The position numbers and the translations under genes are program-made. 64,000 bases of DNA from an uncultured delta proteobacterium (lineage in GTDB: Bacteria > Desulfobacterota > Binatia > JACPRU01), in NCBI GenBank assembly GCA_963745025.1, contig CAVUWD010000008.1, positions 220,854 through 284,853 on the forward strand, written 5' to 3'. Positions 7,623 through 17,973 of this stretch are shown one piece after another (position 1 is the first letter of the stretch; the number at the start of each line of letters is the position of its first letter). The notes under the pieces were generated by a model that ran no database searches, was not told the DNA's origin, and saw only the letters and a list, made by a program, of their open reading frames with translations.

Positions 7623-9890
7623 ATGGTGCGCGAGCGGGGAAAATCGACTCGAAGCTCCTCGGTGCCGGAGTGGTGGCTCCGCGAGGCCGGCGCGCTGCTG
7701 GCGTGCGGGCTCTCGCTGTATCTCTTCGTCAGCCTGTGGTCGAGCCGCCTGACCGGCCAGGTCGGTAGCCACATCGCGGGCCCGCTTCGCGAGTTCTTCG
7801 GTTTCACGGCCTACCTCGTTCCACTCGCCGGGCTCGCGGCCGCAATCAACGCCATGCGCCGCCGCCCCGCATGGTCGACGTTACGATGGGCCGCGGGGGT
7901 CGGACTCATCGGGGCCGTGGCGATTCTCGTCGAGCTTCCGGGTTTCGATGCCTCGTGTCCGAGCTACACCGAGCCGGCGCGCGCACACCTTCTCGGCGGC
8001 ATCGCCGGTCAATTTCTCGCCGCGGTGTTGTGCGAGAATTTCGGAGTCGTCGGCAGCTACTGTTTCCTCGTTCCGCTCGTACTCTTGATGATCCTGGCGA
8101 CGACGTCGACGTCCATCGGCGAGGGTGTGCGGAGAGCCGCGGAGCTCGTGCGCGGCGGGGGAGAGCGGATCACCGCGTGGTTCGAGCGTTGGAAGCGCGC
8201 GCCCGTGCCCGAGATTGCGCGTCTGTCGCGGCCGATCGTCGCCAAGCCGAACCTGCGCAAGAGTCGCGAGGCCGTCGAGCCGCCGCCGTCGATTCTCGTC
8301 GCCGAGGCGCCGAAGCGCTCGCCGGAGAAGCCGAAGAAGCCCTCCCAGGAAACCTTCCTCTTCGCCGGCAGCTTCAACTTGCCGTCGCTCAACTTTCTCG
8401 ATCCACCAGTCCATTCGGCCGAGCGCGTCGACGAGCACTCGCTGATCGCCAGCTCGCGGATCCTCGAGTCCAAGCTCGCGGACTTCGGGGTCGCGGGGAA
8501 AGTGACGGCGGTCCGGCCGGGGCCCGTCATCAACACCTTCGAGCTCGAGCCCGCACCCGGCGTGAAGGTGAATCGCATCGTCACGCTTGCCGACGATCTG
8601 TCGATGGCGCTGCGCGCGATGAGCGTGCGCATCCTGGCGCCGATCCCCGGCAAGTCGGTGGTCGGCATCGAGCTTTCGAATCCGCGGCGCGAGAAGGTCT
8701 TCCTGCGCGAGATTCTCGAGAGCGACGAGTTCCAGACGACGGCGTCACGGCTCCCGCTGGCGCTCGGCAAAGACTCGGTCGGGAAGCCCGTGGTCGCCGA
8801 TCTCGCGCGCATGCCGCATATGCTCGTCGCCGGCGCGACGGGTACGGGCAAGTCGGTGTCGTTGAACGCGATGATCATGTCGATCCTCTACAAGGCCACG
8901 CCCGACGACGTGCGCTTCTTGATGATCGACCCGAAGATGCTCGAGCTCTCGCTCTACGAGAACATCCCTCATCTGCTGACGCGCGTGGTGATCGATCCGC
9001 GGGAGGCCTCGGCCGCGCTGACGCGCGCCGTGGTCGAGATGGAGAATCGCTACAAGCTGCTGCGCGACAAGGGCGTGCGCAACATCGACAGCTACAACCG
9101 CGTGCTCGAGCGCGAGACGGAGGAAAAATCCGCCGGCGTGATCGAGCTCAAGGACGCCGAGTCGGAGGAGCCGTTCGCGGGTTTAGGGGAGAACGGGCCG
9201 GTCTCCGAGAAGCTGGTGCATCGCAGGCTGCCCTACATCGTGATCGTGATCGACGAGCTGGCCGACCTCATGTTGACCTCCGGACGCGAGGTCGAGGAAC
9301 AGATCACGCGCTTGGCGCAGAAGGCGCGGGCGTCGGGAATCCACCTGATTCTCGCCACGCAGCGGCCGTCGGTCGACGTCATCACCGGCCTGATCAAGGC
9401 CAACGTCCCCGCGCGCGTCTCCTTCCAGGTCACCTCGCGGATCGACTCGCGGACGATTCTCGACTCGATCGGGGCGGAACGCCTGCTCGGCGATGGCGAC
9501 ATGCTGTTCATGCCGCCGTCGACGCCGCGCCTCACGCGCATCCACGGCGCGTACGTGTCCGAGCCGGAGATCCGCAAGGTCGTCGGCTTCCTGAAGGATC
9601 AATCCCGCCCGGTCTTCGACCAGGACTTCACCCGCGCGATCGACGAAGCGCACGAGGAGAAATCGGAGGACGTCGAGGACGAGGGTCTCGCCGACGAGAT
9701 GTACGACCAGGCTGTGCAGCTCGTCGCGGAGAGCCAGCAGGCCTCGATCTCCTGGCTGCAGCGGCGGCTGCGCGTCGGCTACAACCGGGCCGCGCGCATG
9801 ATCGAGCGCATGGAGAAGGAAGGCCTCGTCAGCCCGGCGGACGGCGTCCGGCCCCGCGAGGTACGCATGCGCCGGAGCGAGGCGCTGTGA
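7623..9890 (+). CDS. ftsK: DNA translocase FtsK
   Basis: N-terminal TMs, HMLVAGATGTGKS, IDPKMLEL, IDELADLM, ATQRPSVDVITG, gamma domain LQRRLRVGYNRAAR. Confidence 0.97.
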   Translation: MVRERGKSTRSSSVPEWWLREAGALLACGLSLYLFVSLWSSRLTGQVGSHIAGPLREFFGFTAYLVPLAGLAAAINAMRRRPAWSTLRWAAGVGLIGAVAILVELPGFDASCPSYTEPARAHLLGGIAGQFLAAVLCENFGVVGSYCFLVPLVLLMILATTSTSIGEGVRRAAELVRGGGERITAWFERWKRAPVPEIARLSRPIVAKPNLRKSREAVEPPPSILVAEAPKRSPEKPKKPSQETFLFAGSFNLPSLNFLDPPVHSAERVDEHSLIASSRILESKLADFGVAGKVTAVRPGPVINTFELEPAPGVKVNRIVTLADDLSMALRAMSVRILAPIPGKSVVGIELSNPRREKVFLREILESDEFQTTASRLPLALGKDSVGKPVVADLARMPHMLVAGATGTGKSVSLNAMIMSILYKATPDDVRFLMIDPKMLELSLYENIPHLLTRVVIDPREASAALTRAVVEMENRYKLLRDKGVRNIDSYNRVLERETEEKSAGVIELKDAESEEPFAGLGENGPVSEKLVHRRLPYIVIVIDELADLMLTSGREVEEQITRLAQKARASGIHLILATQRPSVDVITGLIKANVPARVSFQVTSRIDSRTILDSIGAERLLGDGDMLFMPPSTPRLTRIHGAYVSEPEIRKVVGFLKDQSRPVFDQDFTRAIDEAHEEKSEDVEDEGLADEMYDQAVQLVAESQQASISWLQRRLRVGYNRAARMIERMEKEGLVSPADGVRPREVRMRRSEAL

Positions 9891-10579
9891 GACGGCTGCC
9901 GGCTGCCGGCTACCGGCTACCGGGCGCGCTTCTGACGCTCGCGCTCTCGCTCGGGCTCTTCGCGAACGGCGTGCGGGCCGGTGCGTCGCAGCCGAAGGTC
10001 GGTGAGGTCGTGCGCAGGCTCCAGGCGCGTTACGACTCGACCAAGGACTTCACCGCCGATTTCAGCGAGGCCGTCGAAGCGGCGACGCTCGGCAAGACGC
10101 TCGAATCGAGCGGTCAGGTGTTCTTCAAGCGGCCGGGACGGATGCGCTGGGAATTCGTCGAGCCCGAGCAGCAGACCATCGTCGCCGACGGCCAGACGCT
10201 GTGGGTCCATCAACCGGATCACCATCAGGTGCTGAAGGCGCCGTTCCGAGCCGCGTTCCAATCGGCCACGCCGATATCCTTCCTGTTCGGGGTCGGCGAG
10301 CTGGCGAAAGACTTCACCCCGTCTCTCGTCCCGATCCCCGGCACGGACGTCATTCGCCTGAAGCTCGTGCCCAAGCAGGAGCACGAGATCGGCGTGCTCG
10401 TGCTCGACGTCAACCCGCAGACGTATGACATCGTCGCCGCGGAGGTGACCGATCCGCTCGGCAACGTCACTCGCCTCAAGTTCTCGAACCTGAAGCGGGA
10501 CGTCGGGCTCGAGGACTCGAAGTTCACCTTCACGACACCCCCCGGAACCGACGTTGTCGAGCCGCCGGTAAATCCCTAA
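9887..10579 (+). CDS. lolA: Outer-membrane lipoprotein carrier protein LolA
   Basis: GTGA overlap with ftsK, signal peptide, KRPGRMRWE, IVADGQTLW, FTFTTPPGTDV; conserved ftsK-lolA synteny. Confidence 0.9.
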   Translation: MRRLPAAGYRLPGALLTLALSLGLFANGVRAGASQPKVGEVVRRLQARYDSTKDFTADFSEAVEAATLGKTLESSGQVFFKRPGRMRWEFVEPEQQTIVADGQTLWVHQPDHHQVLKAPFRAAFQSATPISFLFGVGELAKDFTPSLVPIPGTDVIRLKLVPKQEHEIGVLVLDVNPQTYDIVAAEVTDPLGNVTRLKFSNLKRDVGLEDSKFTFTTPPGTDVVEPPVNP

Positions 10580-10590
10580 ACTCGGGGATC

Positions 10591-11079
10591 ATGCCGTCCT
10601 TCGACGTCGTCTCGCAGCTGAATCTCCAGGAAGTCGACAACGCCCTCAATCAGGCGCGGAAGGAAATCGTGCAGCGCTACGATTTCAAGGACAGCCGCAC
10701 GGTGATCGACTGGGACAAGAAGGAGACGATCTCGGTCGAGTCCGCCGACGAGTTCAGGGTGAAGGCCGTCGATGACGTGCTGCGCGAGAAGCTCGCGCGC
10801 CGTCAGGTGCCGCTCAAGGCGGTCGACTTCGCCGCGATCGAGCCGGGGCCGGGCGGCCGCGCCAAGCAGGAGATCAAGCTGAAGCAAGGCATCGATGCGG
10901 ACCGGGCTCGCGAGCTCGTCAAGGTCGTCAAGGACGCCAAGCTGAAGGTGCAAGCGCAGATCATGGGCGATCAGGTTCGAGTCTCGGGTAAGAAGCGGGA
11001 CGATCTCCAGGCCGCGATCCAGGCGATCCGCGCGTGCGACATCGACTTGCCACTGCAGTTCGTGAACTTCCGCGAGTAG
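10591..11079 (+). CDS. yajQ: YajQ family nucleotide/c-di-GMP-binding protein
   Basis: MPSFDVVS...QEVDNA...RYDFK...VRVSGKKRDDLQ...LQFVNFRE. Confidence 0.96.
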   Translation: MPSFDVVSQLNLQEVDNALNQARKEIVQRYDFKDSRTVIDWDKKETISVESADEFRVKAVDDVLREKLARRQVPLKAVDFAAIEPGPGGRAKQEIKLKQGIDADRARELVKVVKDAKLKVQAQIMGDQVRVSGKKRDDLQAAIQAIRACDIDLPLQFVNFRE

Positions 11080-11092
11080 CGGCCGCGCGCGT

Positions 11093-11320
11093 TTGCTCCC
11101 CGACCTGCCCCCGCAGCCGTTTTCCGATTCCCAAGTCCTCGCCGCCTACGCCATCTTTCTCGCGAGCTACCTCGTCTTCGCGCTCGGTAAGTTCCCGGGG
11201 ATGAAGATCGACCGCCCGGGCGCCGCGATCATCGGCGCCGTGCTGGCTCTGGCTCATCGATTGAGCCGGCCCCTCGCTGGCGTTCCGCCGAGCCGCGTGC
11301 TACAAAGCAGGTCTTCGTAG
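11093..11320 (+). pseudogene. 5' fragment of an ArsB/NhaD/SLC13-type anion transporter
   Basis: IFLASYLVFALGKFPGMKIDRPGAAIIGAVL resembles the family N-terminus; similarity stops after about 50 codons. Confidence 0.65.
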
Positions 11321-11450
11321 GCTCCGCCCTCCAGTCATTCCGACTCGAGTCCCTGCAGCGGGACTTCCGTTCCTCTTCAGCCGGCGCCTCTCAATCAACC
11401 GATCACGGTCGGCGTGGTGCCGCCCGCGATCCAGCAATCAAGGAGTCTTG

Positions 11451-12734
11451 ATGAGCTTCGAATCCTTTTCGCTCGACCCGCGAGTCCTCGCCGGCGTCGA
11501 GGCGCTCGGCTATATGCAGCCGACACCCATTCAGGAACGAGCGATCCCGCCGCTCCTGCAGGGCCATGACGTCGTGGGCGTCGCCCAGACGGGCACCGGC
11601 AAGACCGCCGCGTTCCTGCTGCCGATCCTCGATCGGCTGATCGACGGCCGGCGCGGTCGCGTGCGCGCGCTGATCATCGCGCCGACTCGCGAGCTGGCCG
11701 ACCAGATCCACCACGCAATCGGTGCCCTCGGTCGCGCGAGCGCGCTGACGAGCACGACGGTTTACGGCGGAGCGCCGTTCGGGCCGCAGGTGAGGGCTCT
11801 TCGCAGAGTCGACATCGTCGTCGCTTGCCCCGGCCGCCTTCTCGCGCATCTCGAAGCCGGCACCGTGAACCTCGACGCGGTCGAGGTCCTCGTGCTCGAC
11901 GAGGCCGATCGGCTTTTCGACATGGGGTTCCTGCCGCCGATCCGCCGCATCCTGAAAGACCTTCCGACGACCCGCCAGACGATGCTCTTCTCGGCGACGA
12001 TGCCGAAGGAGGTCCGCACCTTGACACACGAAGCGCTGCGCGCGCCGGTGTCGCTCGAGGTCGGCGAAGCCGTGCCGGCGGCCACCATCTCGCACGCGCT
12101 CTATGCGGCTTCGCACGGCGGCAAGACGGCGCTCCTCGTGGAGATCCTGGCCCGTACGCGCCCGCAGTCGGTGATCGTCTTCACGCGCACCAAGCATCGG
12201 GCGAAGTCGCTCGCTCGGGATCTCGAGCGGAGCGGCTGCGCGGTGACGTCGCTGCACGGGAATCTCTCGCAAACCGAGAGGCGGACGGCGCTCGACGGCT
12301 TTCGCGGCGGCCGGTTTGGCGTGCTCGTGGCGACCGACATCGCCGCGCGGGGCATCGACGTTTCGACGGTCTCGCACGTGATCAATTACGACGCCCCGGA
12401 CACGACCGATGCCTACACGCACCGGGTCGGCCGGACCGGGCGCGCGACGCGCACCGGACAAGCCCTCACGTTGATCACCGACGAAGACCGGACGTTCGTG
12501 AAGGCGCTCGAGCGCGTGCTCGGCCGGCGGCTCGAGCGGCGGCAACTCGAAGGCGCCGGGCCGCGTAGCACCCCGCATGCCGACCGCCTGCAGGATCGGC
12601 GCGGCTCTCAGATCGCGCGTCCGCCCACGAGCCCGGCGAACGACGCGCCGATCCCGAGGACGACGGGTGCGCCGAGGAAGTACGGCACGGCGAGACGGAG
12701 GCTCTCCTCCGCGAGGAGCTTCAGGGCCTCGTAG
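11451..12734 (+). CDS. DEAD-box RNA helicase (RhlE-like)
   Basis: Q motif, AQTGTGKT, PTRELA, LDEADR, SAT, ATDIAARGID, HRVGRTGR; AGGAG RBS. Confidence 0.95.
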   Translation: MSFESFSLDPRVLAGVEALGYMQPTPIQERAIPPLLQGHDVVGVAQTGTGKTAAFLLPILDRLIDGRRGRVRALIIAPTRELADQIHHAIGALGRASALTSTTVYGGAPFGPQVRALRRVDIVVACPGRLLAHLEAGTVNLDAVEVLVLDEADRLFDMGFLPPIRRILKDLPTTRQTMLFSATMPKEVRTLTHEALRAPVSLEVGEAVPAATISHALYAASHGGKTALLVEILARTRPQSVIVFTRTKHRAKSLARDLERSGCAVTSLHGNLSQTERRTALDGFRGGRFGVLVATDIAARGIDVSTVSHVINYDAPDTTDAYTHRVGRTGRATRTGQALTLITDEDRTFVKALERVLGRRLERRQLEGAGPRSTPHADRLQDRRGSQIARPPTSPANDAPIPRTTGAPRKYGTARRRLSSARSFRAS

Positions 12735-12817
12735 GCGGAGCAAGCGCAAGCAGCGCAGCGGCTCGGACCGCGCTCGCGAGATCGTCTTCGTCAACGCCCG
12801 AGTCCAGAGGCTGCCCG

Positions 12818-12960
12818 GGGCGCACGTCAGATTTGTGAGATGAGCTCACTGGGCACCCGGGGCTTCGGCGCGCGCAGCGGCTGAACGCCGCTCCCAGAAG
12901 TCCTCGAAGCGGCCGCTGAGCTTGCAGCACCGCAGCGCGATGATTGCGTCGGCCCCTGCT
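12818..12960 (-). mobile_element. Right-end remnant of an ISKra4-family insertion sequence
   Basis: Minus strand encodes GADAIIALRCCKLSGRFEDFWERRS (recalled ISKra4 transposase C-terminus) followed by IR-like tcacaaatctgacgtgcgccc. Confidence 0.7.
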
Positions 12961-13049
12961 TCTTTGACTCGACCCCGGACCTCCGTTACGATCTCGCGTG
13001 CCGATCCTGCAGTGATGAAGTCCGCCGGAAACCGCGGGTCGCTACGGTA

Positions 13050-13256
13050 ATGGTAGCCGAGCACGGGCCCGCGCTGGCGACGGAGGCCGAGGTTGCTCAC
13101 CCCACGGAACAGCTCGTTCTCTCCACCGAGCGCCATCACGCCGGTCTGATCGTCATGGGACGTCGCGGAGAGAGCACCTTCGAGGGGTGGACGCTCGGGT
13201 CGATCTCCGAGCGCGTCCTCCGCTGCGAGCGCCGTCCGCTGCTCGTCATTCACTGA
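13050..13256 (+). pseudogene. 3' fragment of a universal stress protein
   Basis: LIVMGRRG...LGSISERVLR..RPLLVIH Usp C-terminal motif; N-terminal half absent. Confidence 0.75.
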
Positions 13257-13279
13257 GGACGGCGCGCGCGGACGGAGCG

Positions 13280-14584
13280 ATGATCCCCGAAACCAAGCGG
13301 TTGATGATCTATCTCGGCGAGTCCGACCTCTGGCATCACCAACCCGCCTACATGGCGATCCTCGAGTTCCTGAAGCGCGAAGGATGCGCCGGGGCGACCG
13401 TGGTGCGCGGCATCGCCGGCTTCGGCGCCTCGAGCCGCATCAAGACGGCGGCCATCCTGCGCCTGTCGATGGACCTTCCCGTGGTGATCACGGTCGTCGA
13501 CCGCGAGGATCGGATCGAGCGCGTTCTGCCGCGCCTGAAGGAGATGGTCGGTTCCGGGCTCATGACACTCGAGGACATCGGCGTCGTCAAGTACACGCCG
13601 ATCCTCAAGCACGGCCTCCCTCACGTCCAGGTCCGCGACGTGATGACCCGGACCGTCGAGACCGTCGGCCCCGACACGCCGGTCTCGCGCGTGCTCGAAA
13701 TCCTCATCGACAAGGACTACACCGCGCTACCGGTCGTCGACGCGAACGGCCACGTGATCGGGGTGGTGGGAGACACGGACCTGCTCGAGTCGGGCGAGGT
13801 GAGCCTGACGCTCTCGATCCCGCGGGCCGGGGGACGTGGGATCTTCGAGGAGATGCTCGCTCGGCTGCGCCGCAGCGCGACCAAGGTGCGCGACGTCATG
13901 AAGTCGCCGGCCACGACGATCGGCGCCGACGCCCCGATCGGGGAGGCCGCGCGCCTGATGGTCGCGCGGGGCTTGAAGCGCCTTCCCGTCGTCGGCGAGA
14001 GCGGTCGGCTCGAGGGCGTGCTCGGGCAGCTGGACCTCCTGAAGACGATGGCCTCGGTGCACCTGCCTCACGAAGAACTCGTCCCGCGCGCGGCCGCCGC
14101 CGGCAGGCCGCATCGAATCGGCGACGTCACGTCACGCGACGTGCCCGCGGTCGGCGTCGATGCCGGGCTCGACGAGGTCATCGATCTGGTGGTCGGGTCC
14201 GCGGCCAAGCGCGTGGTGGTCGTCGACGCGGGCCGGCGGCCCGTGGGGATCATCACCGACACCGACCTCGTGCAGCGCCTCTCGCCGGAGGTGAGCGCGG
14301 GGTTCGTCGAGATCGTTCGCAGCAAGATCCCGCTCGAGTCGGTCGGTGGGGAAGCGCGTCGCCACCTCGCCAAGATCCGCGGCACGCATGCCGGCGAGGT
14401 CATGACCGCGCCGGTGATCAGCGTGGGAGAGGATACGTCGTTCGCCGACGCGCTGGCGATCTCCGCCGAGAAGCACGTGAAACGCTTCCCGGTCGTCGAT
14501 ACCGAGGGCCGGCTCGTCGGCATCGTCGGGCGCATGGAGCTTCTGCGAGGCTTCTTGGCGGCGACCGAGCCGTCGAGCGCCTGA
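13280..14584 (+). CDS. DUF190 (PII-like) domain fused to four CBS domains
   Basis: LMIYLGESD...GATVVRGIAGFG...LSMDLPVVITVVD, then repeated VRDVMT / KRLPVV CBS motifs. Confidence 0.88.
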   Translation: MIPETKRLMIYLGESDLWHHQPAYMAILEFLKREGCAGATVVRGIAGFGASSRIKTAAILRLSMDLPVVITVVDREDRIERVLPRLKEMVGSGLMTLEDIGVVKYTPILKHGLPHVQVRDVMTRTVETVGPDTPVSRVLEILIDKDYTALPVVDANGHVIGVVGDTDLLESGEVSLTLSIPRAGGRGIFEEMLARLRRSATKVRDVMKSPATTIGADAPIGEAARLMVARGLKRLPVVGESGRLEGVLGQLDLLKTMASVHLPHEELVPRAAAAGRPHRIGDVTSRDVPAVGVDAGLDEVIDLVVGSAAKRVVVVDAGRRPVGIITDTDLVQRLSPEVSAGFVEIVRSKIPLESVGGEARRHLAKIRGTHAGEVMTAPVISVGEDTSFADALAISAEKHVKRFPVVDTEGRLVGIVGRMELLRGFLAATEPSSA

Positions 14585-14611
14585 AAGCGGCGGGTCGAGG
14601 AGAGCAGAAGG

Positions 14612-14980
14612 GTGGCCTGGCTCTACGTCGGGATCGGCGCCTTCCTCGGCGCCAACGCCCGCTATTGGGTGGGCGGCTGGGCCGCGGAACGCTTCGGCAC
14701 GGTCTTCCCGTACGGCACCTTCATCATCAACGTCAGCGGCAGCTTCGCGGTCGGGCTCCTCGCCGCGTTCTTCGCCGAGCGGGCCTTCTCGCCGAACTTG
14801 CGGCTCTTCCTCATGGTCGGCTTCCTCGGCGGCTACACGACGTTCTCCTCGTACAGCTACGAGGCGCTGCGGCTGCTCGAGGACGGAGGCTACCTGCTCG
14901 GAGCGCTCTACTTGTTCGGCAGTTCCCTCGTGGGGCTCGCCGGCTGCTTGGCGGGCGTCGTCATCGGGCGGCTCGTTTAG
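14612..14980 (+). CDS. crcB: Fluoride channel CrcB/Fluc
   Basis: GAFLGANARY, FPYGTFIINVSGSF, GFLGGYTTFSS. Confidence 0.95.
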   Translation: MAWLYVGIGAFLGANARYWVGGWAAERFGTVFPYGTFIINVSGSFAVGLLAAFFAERAFSPNLRLFLMVGFLGGYTTFSSYSYEALRLLEDGGYLLGALYLFGSSLVGLAGCLAGVVIGRLV

Positions 14981-15121
14981 CCCCGATGGGAAATTATCCG
15001 TGATGCCCCGTCGATCCGAAATTCGCCCGGGTCCTGTCGTCGGCGGAGTCTCTTGACCGAAGGCGCGTGTTGACACGCGCGGCGATCACCCTCTCTATGA
15101 TCCCCTGGACGAAGAAGATCG

Positions 15122-16623
15122 ATGGCCGACGAAGTTGAAAGCCGCGCCCTTCGCATGTTGCGGGACGTCATCGAATCGGGGCGACCGCTGGTATACGTTC
15201 GCTCCGCGGAGGAAGCGCGCGTGACCGCGCTCCTGCACGACGCCGCCGAGGTGTGCTTCTCACCCGCCGGCACCCCTCTGGATCTGGAGCCTGACCGAAG
15301 GCCTACGCCGCGACGGAGGCGATGACAGCAAGCGCCTCGACGCGCGGGCCGCTCTCGATTTCGTCGCCGAGCACGAAGGCCCGGGGCTCTTCTTGCTGAA
15401 GGATTTCCACGAGCCGATGCGCGAGTCTGCGGAGATCCGCCGGCGGCTCCGCGACCTCTACGACGCTCTGCCTCGAGCGCGGCAAGCTCGTGGTGATCGT
15501 GCTCGCCGGTGAAGCACATCCCCGAGGAGATCGAGCGCTCGATCGTCGTACCTCGAGCTCCCGGTGCCCGACCTGTCCGAGCTCGTGGGCCTTCTGCGAC
15601 GCGAAGGTGCGGCGATCACGGCGGCCGGGGGCACGGTCGACTCGAGCGACGCGACGCTCGAACAGCTCGCCCGGGCGCTCCAGGGCCTCACGCTCGACGA
15701 CGCCCGCCACGCGGTCCGCCGCGCCCGCACCGCCCGGCACGCGCTCGACGCGGAGTCGATCCCGCTCCTCCTCGAGGAGAAGCGGCTGCTCGTCAACCGC
15801 ACCGGCATGATCGAGTACATCCCGACCGAGACCGAGCTCGACCACGTCGGCGGCCTCGAGGTGATGAAGAAGTGGCTCCTCGAGCGGCGCAAGCTCTTCC
15901 AGATGCGCGACGGCCTGAGCGCCGACATCGTGCCGAAGGGCGTGCTGGTGATGGGCGTCTCGGGCTGCGGGAAGAGCCTCTCGATCAAGGCGATCGCGTC
16001 GTGCTTCGAGCTGCCGCTCTACCGCATCGACATGATCCAGGTCTTCTCCGGTCGCCACGGCAAGCCCGAAGGCGCCTTCGCCGAGGCCTGCCACATGCTC
16101 GAGTCGATGGCGCCGGCGGTCGTCTGGTTCGACGAGATCGAGGCCGGCATCAGCACGCAGGCGAAGGAAGGCGAGCTCGGCCGCATCTTCGGCTTCTTCC
16201 TCACCTGGATGCAGGAGAAGGCGCGCGGTCTCTTCGTCGGCGCCACCGCCAACCGCATCGACCTGCTGCCGGCCGAGATGATCCGCAAGGGCCGCTTCGA
16301 CGAGGTGTTCTTCGTCGACCTGCCGATCGACGACGAGCGGCTCGAGATCTTCAAGATCCACCTCCGCCGCCGCGGCGTCGATTCGTCGGGCTTCAACCTC
16401 GAGTCGCTGAAGAAGTTCACGAAGGGCTGGACGGGCGCCGAGATCGAGCAGTGCGTCATCTCGGCGCTGACGACCGCCCGCCTCGAGGACCGCGAGGTCA
16501 CCGACGACGACCTCTTCAACACGACGGCCAACGTCGTGCCGCTGTCGAAGACCATGAAGGAGCAGGTCGACCTGATCCGGAAGCTGGGCGTTCGACCGCG
16601 CGGTGCGCGCGTCGTTGCGATAG
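15122..16623 (+). CDS. Ycf46-like AAA+ ATPase, several frameshifts
   Basis: Walker A GVSGCGKS, Walker B VWFDEIE, TANRIDLLPAEMIRKGRFDEVFFVDLP; 5' part split across frames 15122-15564; plausible end SWAFDRAVRASLR* after a slip near 16580. Confidence 0.8.
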
Positions 16624-16655
16624 CCCGTTCGTCGCCGCCGAGGCGGGGGGAGCGC

Positions 16656-17105
16656 TCAGTCAGCGCGGGCGGAGGAAGAGAATGGGTTCGTCGTACGGAG
16701 GTCATGGAACCGAGCAAAGTCCCGATCTCCGGTGAGTAGCTCGCTCACGCCGTGCTCGATGCAGAGCGCGGCGATGTGAGCGTCATGCACGAGGTTCGCG
16801 GTCGCCCCGGAATGCGTCAGAACACGATTCATCACTTCGATGTGGCGGGAGGTCTCGGCGAGGAGCACGAGAGTCGGGGATGCGAGGATTCGACCGAGGT
16901 CGGCCAGAGCGAGAGGAAGCGGGACCGGTGGGTGATAGACCTTCGGGTGAGTGACGACGCGAAGGAACTCGTAGACGCATGGCCACGGAATCGCCCACGG
17001 CAGCGACCCCTCGGCTAGCTCCTGAAGGAGATCATGGGCCGCCCGATGATGGGCGCTCGAGCGGATCTCGGCGAAGATCAGGACGTTGGTGTCGATTGCC
17101 CGCAC
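16656..17105 (-). CDS. vapC: PIN-domain toxin (VapC family)
   Basis: AIDTNVLIFA, EFLRVVTHP, VHDAHIAALCIEHG, TGDRDFARF. Confidence 0.92.
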   Translation of the reverse strand: MRAIDTNVLIFAEIRSSAHHRAAHDLLQELAEGSLPWAIPWPCVYEFLRVVTHPKVYHPPVPLPLALADLGRILASPTLVLLAETSRHIEVMNRVLTHSGATANLVHDAHIAALCIEHGVSELLTGDRDFARFHDLRTTNPFSSSARAD

Positions 17106-17107
17106 CC

Positions 17108-17344
17108 TCAGCGGCCGTCCATCAAGTCGAATAGCTTGTCGCGGTCGAGGATATCCACCCCAGGCCGTTCCTCCGCGCGCCAGCCCCGCAATCGGAGCCG
17201 GAAACTCGTGGCGCGATGGGATCGCGCAAGCCCCTGGCGCAACAGATCATTGGCGACCGATTGAAGGGTCCGCCCTTTGCGGGCCGCGATCTCCTTCAGC
17301 TGGCGCAAGAGCGTTTCATCGAGAGACAGGGTCGTCCGTTTCAT
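17108..17344 (-). CDS. vapB: VapB-type antitoxin
   Basis: MKRTTLSLDETLLRQLKEIAARKGRTL...NDLLRQGL; directly upstream of the PIN toxin. Confidence 0.88.
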   Translation of the reverse strand: MKRTTLSLDETLLRQLKEIAARKGRTLQSVANDLLRQGLARSHRATSFRLRLRGWRAEERPGVDILDRDKLFDLMDGR

Positions 17345-17493
17345 GCATCAAAGTGTATCAAGCAAGCATCAAGATGTCGACGAACCCGCAGCCGATTCGA
17401 GGTAGCGATTGTTGGCCGCCGCGGCGGTAACCTCGGAACGGCACAACCGCCTCTTGTTGCAAGGCGCTCATCACGTCGGTAAGCTAGGCATCG

Positions 17494-17856
17494 ATGCTCA
17501 AACGGCGGCAATTGGCGATCGTAATCGCGCTCCTGGTGACGATCGGGCTCGACGCCGCCTGGGCGACGCCGCAGCGCGCGGCGAAGAAAGCACGGTGGGC
17601 CACCTGCTGTGCGCAAAGCTGTGCCAATCTGCGAGCGGTCGCCTGTGATTCCGGCTGCTGTCCGATGACCCGCCCGGACAGTCCCGCGCTCTCTGCGGCC
17701 GGAAAACACGATCGGACCGGTCCTGCGACCGTCGGCGAACCGGCCGTTTCCGCCCTCGCCGTGGTATGCGGGTCCGATCCCAACGTCGTCCCGCTCGAGC
17801 GGGCTGGGAACGATCCGCCGGCGACCCTTCTGCTGACGCGCACGCTGCGACTCTAG
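17494..17856 (+). CDS. Small exported Cys-rich protein upstream of the metal efflux operon
   Basis: Signal/TM segment, CC and GCCPM motifs, PP...TLRL ending typical of small genes before metal RND operons. Confidence 0.55.
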   Translation: MLKRRQLAIVIALLVTIGLDAAWATPQRAAKKARWATCCAQSCANLRAVACDSGCCPMTRPDSPALSAAGKHDRTGPATVGEPAVSALAVVCGSDPNVVPLERAGNDPPATLLLTRTLRL

Positions 17857-17973
17857 ATCTCTCCCTCAGTCGCCGCACCCCACGGTGCGGTCGAACCGAC
17901 CCGCCCTGTCGTCTTCAGGCGGGTGAGCCCGGCGAATTGCCGCCGGCGCTCCAGCAGGAGAGGGGAGAGAAGC

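Noticed and set aside
7871-9886. 902-aa ORF overlapping ftsK
   Set aside because: GC-rich shadow frame; only the last ~230 codons (LolA) look real.
15070-15101. Sigma-70 promoter TTGACA...TATGAT before the AAA ATPase
   Set aside because: The spacer is 20 bp, too long for a confident call.
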